Shown: positions 34,277-49,841, numbered from the stretch's first letter. The stretch: 64,000 bases of DNA from Paraphysomonas bandaiensis (GCA_965644295.1 CBFFRP010000149.1:124001-188000), one strand, 5' to 3'. The notes: generated from the letters alone by a model not told the origin. Made by a program: numbers and translations.

Positions 34277-35426
34277 CTAGTTCATCAACTTTCCCTTAAT
34301 GAAATAAGAAAAACTTCTTCGTGTACTCATTTATCAAGACGCTTTCATTCTCTTAATGAATTCCTGTAAGTATCCGCGGTATAGCGTAATGTCTTGCTGC
34401 GTTGTTGACGAATTAATTGTTTCCTTGTCCTACGAAAAACACATAGATGAGAACAAGTGTGGAAAGCAGCTGTCATGAAGCAACGTTACCTCCCCCAGTC
34501 CACATTTCTCTGCATATAGTAAACATGCAACACCGCAATCGAAAGATGTATATTGATGTTGGGTAGTTATAGCACTTGTTGTAACCGAAAGCCATGTCCG
34601 AGCGCAGGACAACGGACAACAAGTATCCAACCACTTAATTACATTTCGTGGAACGTACCGAAAACTTAATTGTCCGGTTCTGTTAGGGGGCTTTCCCATT
34701 GGCTCAAAGAGTTGAAGCTCCGGTTTTGGACGAAACATGACACGTATGAGTGTCCAGTGGATGTTGCCACTGTTACACAGCAGTACGATGGGCCTTCGGC
34801 TGTCATACTTTAACTTCCGTCCAAGTATATCAGTCGCATTTTGAAAGTTATCATGATTATTAGGATTCAGAGCCAACGGAACGAAGTCTATGGAAAGAAA
34901 GTCAACTTCTGGATACCACTTAGCGAATTGTGAGATGACCAAGTCAATCATATTTGAGCTAAGCCAGCTCGTGTCATGTATTTCCTCCACACTAATAGCC
35001 CTCTTAAGTAGATGGGTTAGATTGGTCCCACAAGGAGACGAGACTTCATCTGAGACTTTCAAACAGGAAACAAACCCATCTTGAGGCTGTGATGTGACTG
35101 ATATACGTATCCCATGATCAGCCCCTGATTTCACATCCTTTTTCTGTAATACAAAAATCAAGAACATAATATAACTTTAAAATACGTGTATACCTCTATT
35201 TCACTTGTTTTGGCTAGTTTAGCAGGAAGTGGACTCTCAGAAACACTACAACTACTCTGTTGATCTTGTTCAGCGGCCTGTGGTGCAAATAGAGCCTTAC
35301 GTGATCTCAGTCGTATTGGCGATCGCTAATTACAGTGAATAAGTCCCATTTAATATAACAGATATAATATACCGGACAAACTCTATCAGTGGATCTATTC
35401 TCTTGAGTTGTTGAAGTAACTGACAT
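34277..35426 (-). CDS. Ulp1/SENP-family (C48-like) cysteine protease, about 4 exons
   Basis: WLSSNMID, NSGNIHWTL, LFEPM and QHQYTSFDCGVACL. ATG at 35426 and TAG at 34279-34277 via GT-AG introns. Confidence 0.75.
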
Positions 35427-35656
35427 TCGCCTCTTCATTTATTCGATTAATAAACACACAGAGACGTGAATAGATACTATATACTGATAATACGATGAGT
35501 TGTGAAGGAGTATAGCCAAGTGAAGGATAAGAAATATTCCTGCATTAATACATATGTATGATATGTATATGGATGAGAGTAATATGTATATGTATTGATA
35601 TATTAATAGATCTCATGTGATCTCACAGTTACAATAGTCATAGCTACAGTGTATCA

Positions 35657-35786
35657 GCATCCTTTGTTTATTTTTGTTCAGAGATGCCTCTAATATTGAG
35701 ACAACAATTATGTGTACTCCAGCCGTAGTTGTAGTTCAGTAATTTAGCTGATTTTTGCTTCAATTTATTCCCGAAAACTTAGATGC
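35657..35786 (+). repeat. ~130-bp dispersed repeat, copy 3
   Basis: GCATCCTTTGT.TATTTTTGTTC..ATGCCTCTAATATTGAGACAACAATTAT..AGATGC. Confidence 0.8.
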
Positions 35787-37512
35787 ATACGCATTTATGT
35801 ACCACCGCCACTCTGTATAAAAGTACCATGAAGATGATGTTTGTTATGATACAAAAACTGTACGAAATTTCGGTATTATGTTTAAACTATACAGAAAAAA
35901 ATCCTACTATTTATAAAAAACGTAAATTTATGAAACTAATTATTACTGATATCATACAAAACTAGCAACATATATCAGAGTTTTTATATATTCCACTGAT
36001 TTACATGATATCTTTTGTCCATAAACTGCTCCCACTACGCTATCTAGCTACCATACTGCCTGTACGCACATTATCATATGATCCAAGTCTTAAAGAGTGT
36101 CATGTGAATGAATGCCTATTCACAACTCACTGCTTATCAACAATGACCTTTAATGAAGTGACAATACTGTAAATACCTCTCTTATATATGTAATCATGAT
36201 CATATACGCATACATGCTCTGAGTATCTTGTTTAGTAGTGTACTGAGCTCTATTTTCTTATTATGAACACACAGTTAACATAATAAGAGAGTCTATTGCA
36301 CGGAAAATCTGAACACTGTCAATTGGGGTTAATCGATAAAATAGAAGAGTCATTGGTGGAGTAGATCAGATGATGTGTGCAGAGTACTCCGGTTTCCATA
36401 AGAGCTCTTACGGATATGGATAAAGAGTTTTAGTGATAGCTATAATGATTAAAGTGGTGAATTGTACCTCACTGTATAATTTTATCAAGAATAAATTCTG
36501 TGTTCACACGGATTAAAACGTAGTGTGGCATTCAAAATCTTGATTGCTAAATATTACTTTCGGAAAATTGAAGATATCCCTTGATATGCGCAGCAACATT
36601 GCCGGATTGAAGATTATGTTCATTTATTCCACCTAGATCATTAACGGGTGGCATCACACTAACTTGTTTGATTTGAAATACTCTTTTTATGTATTTTAAG
36701 GAAAACAATAATCCATTTACTATTTCGTAAACGCAACCCCAGGACAAGAGTTCGTAAAACCGTTTTATGACAAAAGCATCTTTACGCAAACAGCATGATC
36801 TTTTTAACCTCACATTAAATTCTATTGCGGAAATAATATTACTTTTAAAGAGAAGATAAGAGATATTTCTCTTGTGATAATGTTGTAATATATCAGACAT
36901 AACGTCTATGCATGCGCCACTAAATTATATTGATGTGTGTTGGAGAAAGGATCTTGATAGCTCCTCGGCACGACGAATACATTCTCGTTATTTGAAACTG
37001 AAATTTGGATGCTATAAATTAAACAACAAAACTTTTCAACTTACACACTAATTAATTATTAAAATTATGATCAGCATCTCGCATCATTCATTGTCATTCA
37101 CTAAATAATAAATATTCGCACTACGACCAATTAATATTACCAGGTCTTCTATAACCATATCTTATACAGTCAGTATATTTCAGTTTATCTAAACTATCTC
37201 ATATCATTAAATTCCATCAAATATCATATACTGTCTCTGTTCTGTGCTATTCTATATTCTAGTAACGGTACAATTCAAAAACTTTAAGACAAGCAAAGCT
37301 CGCTAACCACTTGTAAGTAGTACGATACTCTGCAAATTATTATAATGTTATGGTTCACGATTGGCCATTGGATATATCATTGCGTAACAATCACCAAAAA
37401 TGAAAGAATTTTCACAATCTTGAAATGACAGTGTACCGGTACCAATATGATTACATATTACATTAGGAAGAAGAGCTATATCACATGAAATATATTCTTC
37501 TAAATACAATTG

Positions 37513-39813
37513 CTAGAAAAATACGATTTCAAAAATCAATCCCACCCACAGTATTCCAACGTCATCACTAAAAGTACAGAAAGAGGGTACAAAGACAAGA
37601 GTATCAGTCCGTCCAATACAGTGTGTGTTCGCTTCAAAGACATTAATCCCGCCACAACCTATTGAGGTACAGAAGTCGACATGAGAACAACAACGAATGG
37701 ACATTATACGTACCTCTACTATAAGTATAGTCAGTGTTTCAGCAAGATATCGCCATGCTAGTTTTTGAGTATATATTATGATCATGAACATTCCAAGAGC
37801 GAATGTATTATTCATACAAACACTTCCCTGTAGGGTCGACAAGGAAATGGCGATACTACTTGTAGTTTTTTTAGAGGAATGGTGATATGCAGCGACGAGT
37901 TCCGGAGCATTTGCAACTAGAGGAGCAAATACGAATGATATATAAAATGACCCTATACCCTACACAAGGCATTCAGGGAACAAAGAAAGAAACGACAGGC
38001 AATTACCGTTCTCGACCCAACTTCATCAAGTGCATCTACCATTGGGTCACTGAACAGTAGAAGCATGAGTGTGCCTCCGAGAAGATTTAAAAATGCCCGA
38101 CGCTTGATTCGATTTTGCTGTTCGTCCGGAGAGAGATGATGGAGATCCACAGGTACTTCCTCTTCTTGTTCCTGTTCTTCCAAAAAGTCGGTATTGTCAT
38201 GGGCAACACCGAAGCTATGAGAGCTCTCAAAGTACGTTACCCCAGTCTGCGAAGATGCTCTCCGGCCTTCGTAAAAAATAATCTACATAAATAATACATG
38301 CGAGGGTGCATACTTGGAAGTTTTCCTTGGTCAATGAGCAGACTGCTCAATCGCTTAGTCCGGTTAGTAATGCTACATCTTCTTGTCACACCCTTAGTAC
38401 CTTCAAGTAGCGTACTATTGTTTTTAATATAAGTTCCTGTACCGATAACAAACTCGTGAAAATCTACAAAGCCGCTGTTGTCTTGATCAAATTCGTCAAA
38501 TAATTCCACTAGCTCGTCGTGTCCAACGTTTTCACCAAGATCTCTGAGGGAAAAGGAATGAGACAGATCACACCAGTACATATATACCACTGGCGCACCA
38601 AGAGACAAGAGACTAGCAATAAAAAAAAGTACAAGAGTTCACCTCATCGCTGCAGCAAGCTCCACGATATCAAGCGTGCCAGTTTTACTCTCATCGTACT
38701 TATGAAAAAATGGCCACAATACAACCTACGATATGAAATTCCACAATGTGACCTGACGTATTCCAGGTGGAAATCCTCATACCTTCAGGCGGTGTAGCAA
38801 CTCAGCTTCCTCATTAATGATAAGCGGAGTTCCTTCGGAAGCGTGATGCGCTATGATATCTCCTAATTCGGATTTCATAACACCTGATTACACACGTTAC
38901 TAACTGTCTATAGTTGGAAAATGAATGAGACTGATACCTAGAAGTGATATTTCCCCTCGGTGAATAGAATCTGTGATAGCCTTGTTTCGTCGATCATTCT
39001 GTGAACCCTCCAGATGGCTGGAGGATGTATACAGTTGATAAACTAGATATGAACAAAATAAAACTGCGCATACAATCATGCCTGTATTGCAAAAAGTAAA
39101 CAGAGTGTATCTTTCAAACGGAGCACTGACCCACGAACGCCCATGCGCTTTCTGTCTTGGCGAGTTTTTCTTGCGAATACGATTCATACACCAGTCCCGG
39201 CCCCTTAAGTAAAAGGCATATCAAATTCTGTGAAATTGTGGTGAAGTCCATACCTGCAACAGGAGATACGTCGTAGCCGTTCCCATTAGTATCCACGCCC
39301 CTCTCTGGATTCCAGTTCCTATGTTTACCCCAGTTCGACGGAGTGACAAATTGTTTGGAGGCGATAACTTTGGACCGCCCCAATAGCTTAGCATTCCTGT
39401 AGCGGGGTCATAATTAACCCGCCCTGCGAATATACTGATGCACCAAGGTATTGTGAGAAGCATAACAGTGCTTCCAGCCAGAGCACCAACACCAACATTG
39501 AGTTGATTTTGAGAATCCGGACCGAGTCCACTAAACAGAATAATACATGAATCTGGAAGAGTGCCTAAAATAGGAAGTACAATACTTCCAACGATCCCTA
39601 TAGCACAGTTACCCACACATGCATACAGTGTGTATATATCTAACCTGCATATGATGGCACAAGTAGCAAAAGTTCTGAGCCTGAACTAATCATATTAGAT
39701 GCTAACATTAAACAATAAGCATATGTTGATAGTAAGTAGATTAGTTGAATAAAGCCATATCCACCAGATGGAAGTTGTTTGACATCAACAAAGAAATCAG
39801 ATATAAAACTCAT
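37513..39813 (-). CDS. EF-hand-containing Na+/Ca2+ exchanger-like protein (NCL/EFCAX type), multi-exon
   Basis: GSIVLPILGTLPDSCIILFSGL..QLNVGVGALAGSTVMLLT, EF-hand DQDNSGFVDFHEF, LLFSDPMVDAL and STLQGSVCMNNT..LAWRYLAETL. Confidence 0.85.
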
Positions 39814-40557
39814 TACAATAAAGACTTAATCGACTAAGTTGTTGCTTAGTATGAACTACTAAGAAGTACTTAGTTTAATTGAACGGTTGATATAGTTAAC
39901 TGGAGATATGGATATTATTAATGAGTTGTGTATGTATGTATAGTTTAACTGACTGCTATTTAAAATCTAAGTAGTCGTATATGTACATATATGTACTCTA
40001 CTGCTGTATCTATAGTACCGTACGAGTAGTAATGGAGTACGTAGTTTATGTTGAGTATTCAAAAGATGGTGTGTGGAATGACTAAGAAAATACCGTATGG
40101 TTGGTACTACTGTACATAGCTGTAGGTGAAAAGACAGAAAAAAGAGGCAAAATATTCTAAAAATTCTTCCATAATTCCAATATTCCAGATGTAGTATTCT
40201 ATATTTACATGTACAGCATATAGGAATAACGTACAAAATCAAAAATCAAAATCTGAAAATCCAAAATTCTTGACGTGGTATAGACAAAAAGTCAAAATAC
40301 GAAATTTCAAAAGTTAAATCCTACTAAAATCTAATATGATCTACTGCTGTATACTATACAAGTACGAGAGTAGTATATATATGTGCGGTATGTAGGGCTA
40401 TATATGTATGTATGTATGTCGTCGTAATGTATGAATATATACGTACATATCCATCCAAGTCTTACTTAACAAGACATATATACTAAATCACATTATATAC
40501 TACATAAACTCAACTAAATCCCTTTATAATCAATTCTCTACCTACCCATACTCACAC

Positions 40558-41938
40558 ATGATAGAAGATCCCATGGAAACCTCCTCTAGAGACCGTATTA
40601 TTCCCTGGGTAGAAAAATATCGTCCAGAGAGAGTAAGTGACGTCTCTCATCAAGAAGAAGTCACTGCAACTCTTAAAACAGCTATTTCTCAAGGATCTAT
40701 ACCTCATTTAATGTTTTATGGTCCTCCTGGTAGTGGTAAGACAACTACAGCATTAGCGATGGCACGTGAGTTATATGGGCCGGAGTTATATAGAAGCCGT
40801 ACGCTAGAATTGGTAAGAAATGAGTTGCATGTATTGATATTATTTATTACTGATTGATTTATATGGTAGAATGCATCTGATGAACGAGGTATAAAGGTTG
40901 TACGTGAGAAGATTAAAACATTTGCACAAGGAGCAGTCGGCTCGCAAAAACAGAGGTGATGTGCTATGTATACGATATGATGTGTCGTTAAAATTAGTGC
41001 AGTGGTTACCCATGTCCTCGGTTCAAACTTATTATTCTTGATGAAGCGGATACCATGACACCAGAGGCTCAGTCGGCTTTACGCCGTATCATGGAGGCGT
41101 ATTCGAAAGTTACTCGCTTTTGTCTCATCTGCAACTACGTCACTCGCATCATCGAACCATTGGCAAGTCGATGCGCTAAGTTCAGATTCAAAGCTCTATC
41201 CTTAGATTCAATGGTGGCGCGCTTAGAATATATTGCTGGTATGTGCCGGAGTCGTTTTGTGCAAGTTAAATGTGCTAATCTAATTATTTGTTTCGTTAGG
41301 TCAGGAAGGGGTAGATCTTGGCACAGGAGTGCTGGATAGAGTAATATTAGTATCCGAGGGAGACATGCGTAAAGCTGTCACTTTCTTGCAATCAGCGCAC
41401 GAGCTGTCGGGTAAGCAAGGGACAGTTACTGATGAAATGGTCCTGGATGTCAGCGGACAGGTAACACGGATATAGTTTATAACTGCCGAACATGAGTGTG
41501 CAATGATCGCGTTTGACATGACATTCAATTAGTGATATATTCCGTAGGTGCATCCTGATCTTCTTCTTTCCCTCTGGGAGACTCTCCGCTCACCATCTTC
41601 ATCATTTGACTCTATGAAAACTACAGTATCGCATATCGTTTCTGAAGGATATCCGATGACTGATCTGTTGTCCAAATTGCATGATGATGTGGTCCAGCAA
41701 TCAGAATTAAAAGATATAGACAAAGCTCTTATCTGCGAGAAAATAGCTCATGTACGTATAATCATCCAACGCAAGTGTTTAGCCTTATGTGCAAATGTAT
41801 CAGGCCGATCAGTGTCTGGTAGATGGGGCGTCAGAGCTACTCCAACTATGTGATGTATGTGCTTTTATAATGAGGAGAATTAAAGGTATACATTCATCTA
41901 CTGACAAGGTTTCTGTAGGAGCTGCTGAGAGTATGTGA
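40558..41938 (+). CDS. RFC4: Replication factor C small subunit (human RFC4 / yeast Rfc2 type), multi-exon
   Basis: [27 protein letters not shown]|[29 protein letters not shown] and [20 protein letters not shown]. Confidence 0.9.
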
Positions 41939-42441
41939 GTTTTTTCCTTGTCTGTGAAATAGAATTAGGTTGAGCCCATCGAAATAACTTAATAGCTGTA
42001 GACTGTGTCTGCCCTGAATATAAAGAGATTGCACTGATAAAGGATACGGTTTTATTAAAGCTGTCATCATTCGGAATTTCTTGTGTTGATTAGAATTCCG
42101 TTGCTTTCGTATACCCTGCCTGATACACTAAGCTAACGTATATTCCATTGCCATTTGGAATGTGCTTTGTAACAATACAAGAAACCTATACCACTGTATA
42201 TTTGGGATGTATTATTCAACCTAGTCAAAATGGTTGAACTACCTAGTCACACCAAAATTGGTGTAAAAACCTAGTCAAGTAGGTGAAAAACCTAGTCATT
42301 TAATAATTCATATTTTCAGTTTACAATGACTAGGTGTTTTAAGGTATTCACCTAGTCAAAAATAATAACTTCTACTCAAACATGGGAGCATACTCTAGCC
42401 ATCAATTAATGCAAATGCATCTATTGTACACATGCAATGCA

Positions 42442-43350
42442 TCACATTTCGTCTTCGCAATCGAACGAGAAATGCGCAGTTTCTCGTGACCAAGTCCGGT
42501 GAAGTTCGACAGCCTCCTTCATTTCATGGACATCGAACCCAACAATCTTAGGGTGTGGAAGTATGTCATCAGGGGCATCCGAGAACCGACACTGCCATCG
42601 AAGGAGTTTTTCATTCTTGTGATTCGCCACTACGCGGTAATCTACGCACATACCATTCAGGTACTGGGGGTGGCGAACGTACGTATTCTTCCAGTTCCCT
42701 GGCTTGAGGGCCATGACATCAATGGATTCATCATTGATTAAAGCTTTCGCTGCATTGCGAGGCCGGCTGCGTTTCCTAGCAGGCCTGATCGAGCTGGACA
42801 TGTGCTTCACATCAATGTCCCCTGGTGGCAATATTAAGAAATATAATGAACAAAGAAATGTACTACCCATACCTCTCAAGTGATGTACTGCTAGCGAGTG
42901 GGGGCAGTATCGACCATTGTCCCAAAACCTAGGGCAGCTACAAACAAGAGAGGTGCAGGTTCTGCGCTTCACTTTGTAGGGAACCTCTCGAACAACATAC
43001 ATACTGAGAAATCTGTTACAGAATGATTAGTACTCTATTCAGACGCATAAGTACAATACTACACCTCTCCCTACATTCCCCCAGTGAAAGTCGATCTTTC
43101 CTTTTGACGGAATGAAACATATCTATATAAGATTTGCACATTCTGTTCTCCCTCGTATGTTCAATAATGAACAAGTTCCTCTTTGAGTTCACGTACCTAT
43201 AAAAATTTATTCGCTGTTAATGATGAATAATCCATGAGTCGTTATACTTACCAATGAACCTCATTTCTACCCTGGACTATAACATCCATGCGCTTACAGT
43301 TTTGAGGACCGGGGTCTACAATTGCGCATGCTCCAGTGAGGCAGTCTCGA
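42442..43350 (-). pseudogene. C-terminal fragment of a MULE-type transposase (SWIM zinc finger, RKRSRP basic motif)
   Basis: VCSCPRFWDNGRYCPHSLAV (CxCx(n)CxH), then RPARKRSRPRNA. No DDE core found and upstream frames are broken at the array. Confidence 0.7.
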
Positions 43351-43360
43351 TGCACATGAC

Positions 43361-46300
43361 CATGATGATACTGTAAGACTGATGACACACTCATGATGAT
43401 ACTGTAAGACTGATGACACACTCATGATGCTCTAAGACTGATGACACACTCATGATACTGTAAGACTGATGACACACTCATGATGCTGATGTTCTGATGA
43501 CACACTCATGATGCTGATGTTCTGATGACACACTCATGATGCTGATGTTCTGATGACACACTCATGATACTGTAAGACTGATGACACACTCATGATGCTG
43601 TAAGACTGATGACACACTCATGATGCTGATGTTCTGATGACACACTCATGATACTGTAAGACTGATGACACACTCATGATGCTGTAAGACTGATGACACA
43701 CTCATGATGCTGGTGTTCTGATGACACACTCATGATGCTGATGTTCTGATGACACACTCATGATACTGTAAGACTGACGACACACTCATGATGCTGTAAG
43801 ACTGATGACACACTCATGATGCTGATGTTCTGATGACACACTCATGATGCTGATGTTCTGATGACACACTCATGATACTGTAAGACTGATGACACACTCA
43901 TGATGCTGATGTTCTGATGACACACTCATGATACTGTAAGACTGATGACACACTCATGATACTGTAAGACTGATGACACACTCATGATGCTGTAAGACTG
44001 ATGACACACTCATGATGCTGATGTTCTGATGACACACTCATGATACTGTAAGACTGATGACACACTCATGATGCTGATGCTCTGATGACACACTCATGAT
44101 GCTGATGTTCTGATGACACACTCATGATGCTGTAAGACTGATGACACACTCATGATGCTGATGTTCTGATGACACACTCATGATGCTGTAAGACTGATGA
44201 CACACTCATGATACTGTAAGACTGATGACACACTCATGATGCTGTAAGACTGATGACACACTCATGATACTGTAAGACTGATGACACACTCATGATACTG
44301 TAAGACTGATGACACACTCATGATGCTGTAAGACTGATGACACACTCATGATGCTGTAAGACTGATGACACACTCCTCATGATGCTGTAAGACTGATGAC
44401 ACACTCATGATGCTGATGTTCTGATGACACACTCATGATACTGTAAGACTGATGACACACTCATGATGCTGATGCTCTGATGACACACTCATGATGCTGA
44501 TGTTCTGATGACACACTCATGATACTGTAAGACTGATGACACACTCATGATGCTGATGTTCTGATGACACACTCATGATGCTGTAAGACTGATGACACAC
44601 TCATGATGCTGATGTTCTGATGACACACTCATGATGCTGTAAGACTGATGACACACTCATGATACTGTAAGACTGATGACACACTCATGATACTGTAAGA
44701 CTGATGACACACTCATGATACTGTAAGACTGATGACACACTCATGATACTGTAAGACTGATGACACACTCATGATGCTGATGTTCTGATGACACACTCAT
44801 GATGCTGTAAGACTGATGACACACTCATGATGCTGATGTTCTGATGACACACTCATGATGCTGTAAGACTGATGACACACTCATGATGCTGATGCTCTGA
44901 TGACACACTCATGATGCTGATGTTCTGATGACACACTCATGATACTGTAAGACTGATGACACACTCATGATGCTGATGTTCTGATGACACACTCATGATG
45001 CTGTAAGACTGATGACACACTCATGATGCTGATGTTCTGATGACACACTCATGATGCTGTAAGACTGATGACACACTCATGATACTGTAAGACTGATGAC
45101 ACACTCATGATACTGTAAGACTGATGACACACTCATGATGCTGTAAGACTGATGACACACTCATGATACTGTAAGACTGATGACACACTCATGATGCTGA
45201 TGTTCTGATGACACACTCATGATACTGTAAGACTGATGACACACTCATGATACTGTAAGACTGATGACACACTCATGATACTGTAAGACTGATGACACAC
45301 TCATGATGCTGATGTTCTGATGACACACTCATGATACTGTAAGACTGATGACACACTCATGATGCTGTAAGACTGATGACACACTCATGATGCTGTAAGA
45401 CTGATGACACACTCATGATACTGTAAGACTGATGACACACTCATGATGCTGTAAGACTGATGACACACTCATGATGCTGTAAGACTGATGACACACTCAT
45501 GATGCTGATGTTCTGATGACACACTCATGATGCTGTAAGACTGATGACACACTCATGATACTGTAAGACTGATGACACACTCATGATACTGTAAGACTGA
45601 TGACACACTCATGATGCTGTAAGACTGATGACACACTCATGATACTGTAAGACTGATGACACACTCATGATGCTGATGTTCTGATGACACACTCATGATA
45701 CTGTAAGACTGATGACACACTCATGATACTGTAAGACTGATGACACACTCATGATGCTGATGTTCTGATGACACACTCATGATACTGTAAGACTGATGAC
45801 ACACTCATGATACTGTAAGACTGATGACACACTCATGATGCTGTAAGACTGATGACACACTCATGATGCTGTAAGACTGATGACACACTCATGATACTGT
45901 AAGACTGATGACACACTCCTCATGATGCTGTAAGACTGATGGCACACTCATGATACTGTAAGACTGATGACACACTCATGATACTGTAAGACTGATGACA
46001 CACTCATGATGCTGATGTTCTGATGACACACTCATGATACTGTAAGACTGATGACACACTCATGATACTGTAAGACTGATGACACACTCATGATGCTGAT
46101 GTTCTGATGACACACTCATGATACTGTAAGACTGATGACACACTCATGATACTGTAAGACTGATGACACACTCATGATGCTGTAAGACTGATGACACACT
46201 CATGATACTGTAAGACTGATGACACACTCATGATACTGTAAGACTGATGACACACTCATGATGCTGATGTTCTGATGACACACTCATGATGCTGTAAGAC

Positions 46301-47047
46301 TGATGACACACTCATGATACTGTAAGACTGATGACACACTCATGATGCTGTAAGACTGATGACACACTCATGATGCTGTAAGACTGATGACACACTCATG
46401 ATGCTGTAAGACTGATGACACACTCCTCATGATGCTGTAAGACTGATGACACACTCCTCATGATGCTGTAAGACTGATGACACACTCATGATGCTGATGT
46501 TCTGATGACACACTCATGATACTGTAAGACTGATGACACACTCATGATACTGTAAGACTGATGACACACTCATGATGCTGATGTTCTGATGACACACTCA
46601 TGATACTGTAAGACTGATGACACACTCATGATACTGTAAGACTGATGACACACTCATGATACTGTAAGACTGATGACACACTCATGATACTGTAAGACTG
46701 ATGACACACTCATGATACTGTAAGACTGATGACACACTCATGATGCTGATGTTCTGATGACACACTCATGATGCTGTAAGACTGATGACACACTCATGAT
46801 ACTGTAAGACTGATGACACACTCATGATACTGTAAGACTGATGACACACTCATGATGCTGTAAGACTGATGACACACTCATGATGCTGTAAGACTGATGA
46901 CACACTCATGATGCTGTAAGACTGATGACACACTCCTCATGATGCTGTAAGACTGATGACACACTCCTCATGATGCTGTAAGACTGATGACACACTCCTC
47001 ATGATGCTGTAAGACTGATGACACACTCATGATGCTGATGTTCTGAT
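43361..47047. repeat. 28-bp minisatellite array 1 (~130 units)
   Basis: Constant CTGATGACACACTCATGAT plus a variable 9-mer. Period 28 (e.g. 44701, 44729, 44757). Confidence 0.97.
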
Positions 47048-47629
47048 TGATGCTGCTCTACAGTCCACTTCAATGATGCTGCTTTTAGAAGTTTGTTCCC
47101 TGAAAACCTCCTTTTTTTCCGTTGGACTAAAAATAGGGAGATTTATGCACCCCTGAAAGCCAATGCAGCAATCGAAGTCATTCATTCAGTGCTGAAGTGA
47201 AGGAAGATGAGCGCCATCACTCCCAGCATATGAAGATCTCAAGATGTCCTGCGGATCATAGAGTGAGTTATACCCACAGCTTCATGGACCCTCCTCCCCA
47301 TAACACTCACAGGGACCATCGCTATATGCATACATGCTACAGATAGGCTAGATAGACATACACGTACATCTGTGTTATGTAGATATGTATATATGAGCTT
47401 ATTGTTATGTTCGAGTGTTTGTTTTGATGCTCTGTAAGCCACTAATATATTGTGTGGTGCGAGATGGTATCTTAGACAGTCACAGTGTGTAATCAATGGA
47501 TATAAGAACGACTAGGTTGAATACCAAAGTTGACTAGGTTGAGTCATTTATTATTTTGACTAGGTTATTCCACCAAAAATAGCGTGACTAGGTAATTCAA
47601 CCAATTTGACTAGGTTGAATAATATTTCC
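47048..47629. repeat. MULE right-end unit, copy 1 (~582 bp)
   Basis: Repeated apparently identically at 49260-49841, 51133-51714, 52082-52663 and 53028-53610. Each copy ends in the TIR. Confidence 0.95.
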
Positions 47630-49259
47630 ATGATGCTGATGTTCTGATGACACACTCATGATACTGTAAGACTGATGACACACTCATGATGCTGATGTTC
47701 TGATGACACACTCATGATGCTGTAAGACTGATGACACACTCATGATGCTGATGTTCTGATGACACACTCATGATGCTGATGTTCTGATGACACACTCATG
47801 ATACTGTAAGACTGATGACACACTCATGATACTGTAAGACTGATGACACACTCATGATACTGTAAGACTGATGACACACTCATGATACTGTAAGACTGAT
47901 GACACACTCATGATGCTGTAAGACTGATGACACACTCATGATGCTGTAAGACTGATGACACACTCCTCATGATGCTGATGCTCTGATGACACACTCATGA
48001 TGCTGATGTTCTGATGACACACTCATGATACTGTAAGACTGATGACACACTCATGATGCTGATGTTCTGATGACACACTCATGATGCTGTAAGACTGATG
48101 ACACACTCATGATGCTGATGTTCTGATGACACACTCATGATGCTGTAAGACTGATGACACACTCATGATACTGTAAGACTGATGACACACTCATGATACT
48201 GTAAGACTGATGACACACTCATGATGCTGATGCTCTGATGACACACTCATGATGCTGATGTTCTGATGACACACTCATGATACTGTAAGACTGATGACAC
48301 ACTCATGATGCTGATGTTCTGATGACACACTCATGATGCTGTAAGACTGATGACACACTCATGATGCTGATGTTCTGATGACACACTCATGATGCTGTAA
48401 GACTGATGACACACTCATGATGCTGTAAGACTGATGACACACTCATGATGCTGATGTTCTGATGACACACTCATGATACTGTAAGACTGATGACACACTC
48501 ATGATGCTGATGTTCTGATGACACACTCATGATGCTGTAAGACTGATGACACACTCATGATGCTGATGTTCTGATGACACACTCATGATGCTGTAAGACT
48601 GATGACACACTCATGATGCTGATGTTCTGATGACACACTCATGATACTGTAAGACTGATGACACACTCATGATGCTGATGCTCTGATGACACACTCATGA
48701 TGCTGATGTTCTGATGACACACTCATGATACTGTAAGACTGATGACACACTCATGATGCTGATGTTCTGATGACACACTCATGATGCTGTAAGACTGATG
48801 ACACACTCATGATGCTGATGTTCTGATGACACACTCATGATGCTGTAAGACTGATGACACACTCATGATACTGTAAGACTGATGACACACTCATGATACT
48901 GTAAGACTGATGACACACTCATGATGCTGTAAGACTGATGACACACTCCTCATGATGCTGTAAGACTGATGACACACTCATGATGCTGATGTTCTGATGA
49001 CACACTCATGATACTGTAAGACTGATGACACACTCATGATACTGTAAGACTGATGACACACTCATGATGCTGTAAGACTGATGACACACTCATGATGCTG
49101 TAAGACTGATGACACACTCATGATGCTGTAAGACTGATGACACACTCCTCATGATGCTGTAAGACTGATGACACACTCCTCATGATGCTGTAAGACTGAT
49201 GACACACTCCTCATGATGCTGTAAGACTGATGACACACTCATGATGCTGATGTTCTGAT
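47630..49259. repeat. 28-bp minisatellite array 2 (~58 units)
   Basis: Same unit as array 1. Confidence 0.95.
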
Positions 49260-49841
49260 TGATGCTGCTCTACAGTCCACTTCAATGATGCTGCTTTTAG
49301 AAGTTTGTTCCCTGAAAACCTCCTTTTTTTCCGTTGGACTAAAAATAGGGAGATTTATGCACCCCTGAAAGCCAATGCAGCAATCGAAGTCATTCATTCA
49401 GTGCTGAAGTGAAGGAAGATGAGCGCCATCACTCCCAGCATATGAAGATCTCAAGATGTCCTGCGGATCATAGAGTGAGTTATACCCACAGCTTCATGGA
49501 CCCTCCTCCCCATAACACTCACAGGGACCATCGCTATATGCATACATGCTACAGATAGGCTAGATAGACATACACGTACATCTGTGTTATGTAGATATGT
49601 ATATATGAGCTTATTGTTATGTTCGAGTGTTTGTTTTGATGCTCTGTAAGCCACTAATATATTGTGTGGTGCGAGATGGTATCTTAGACAGTCACAGTGT
49701 GTAATCAATGGATATAAGAACGACTAGGTTGAATACCAAAGTTGACTAGGTTGAGTCATTTATTATTTTGACTAGGTTATTCCACCAAAAATAGCGTGAC
49801 TAGGTAATTCAACCAATTTGACTAGGTTGAATAATATTTCC
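49260..49841. repeat. MULE right-end unit, copy 2
   Basis: Offset +2212 from copy 1. Confidence 0.95.

Noticed and set aside
36547-36900. 117-aa minus-strand ORF
   Set aside because: AT-rich, no motif, and no convincing splice partners.
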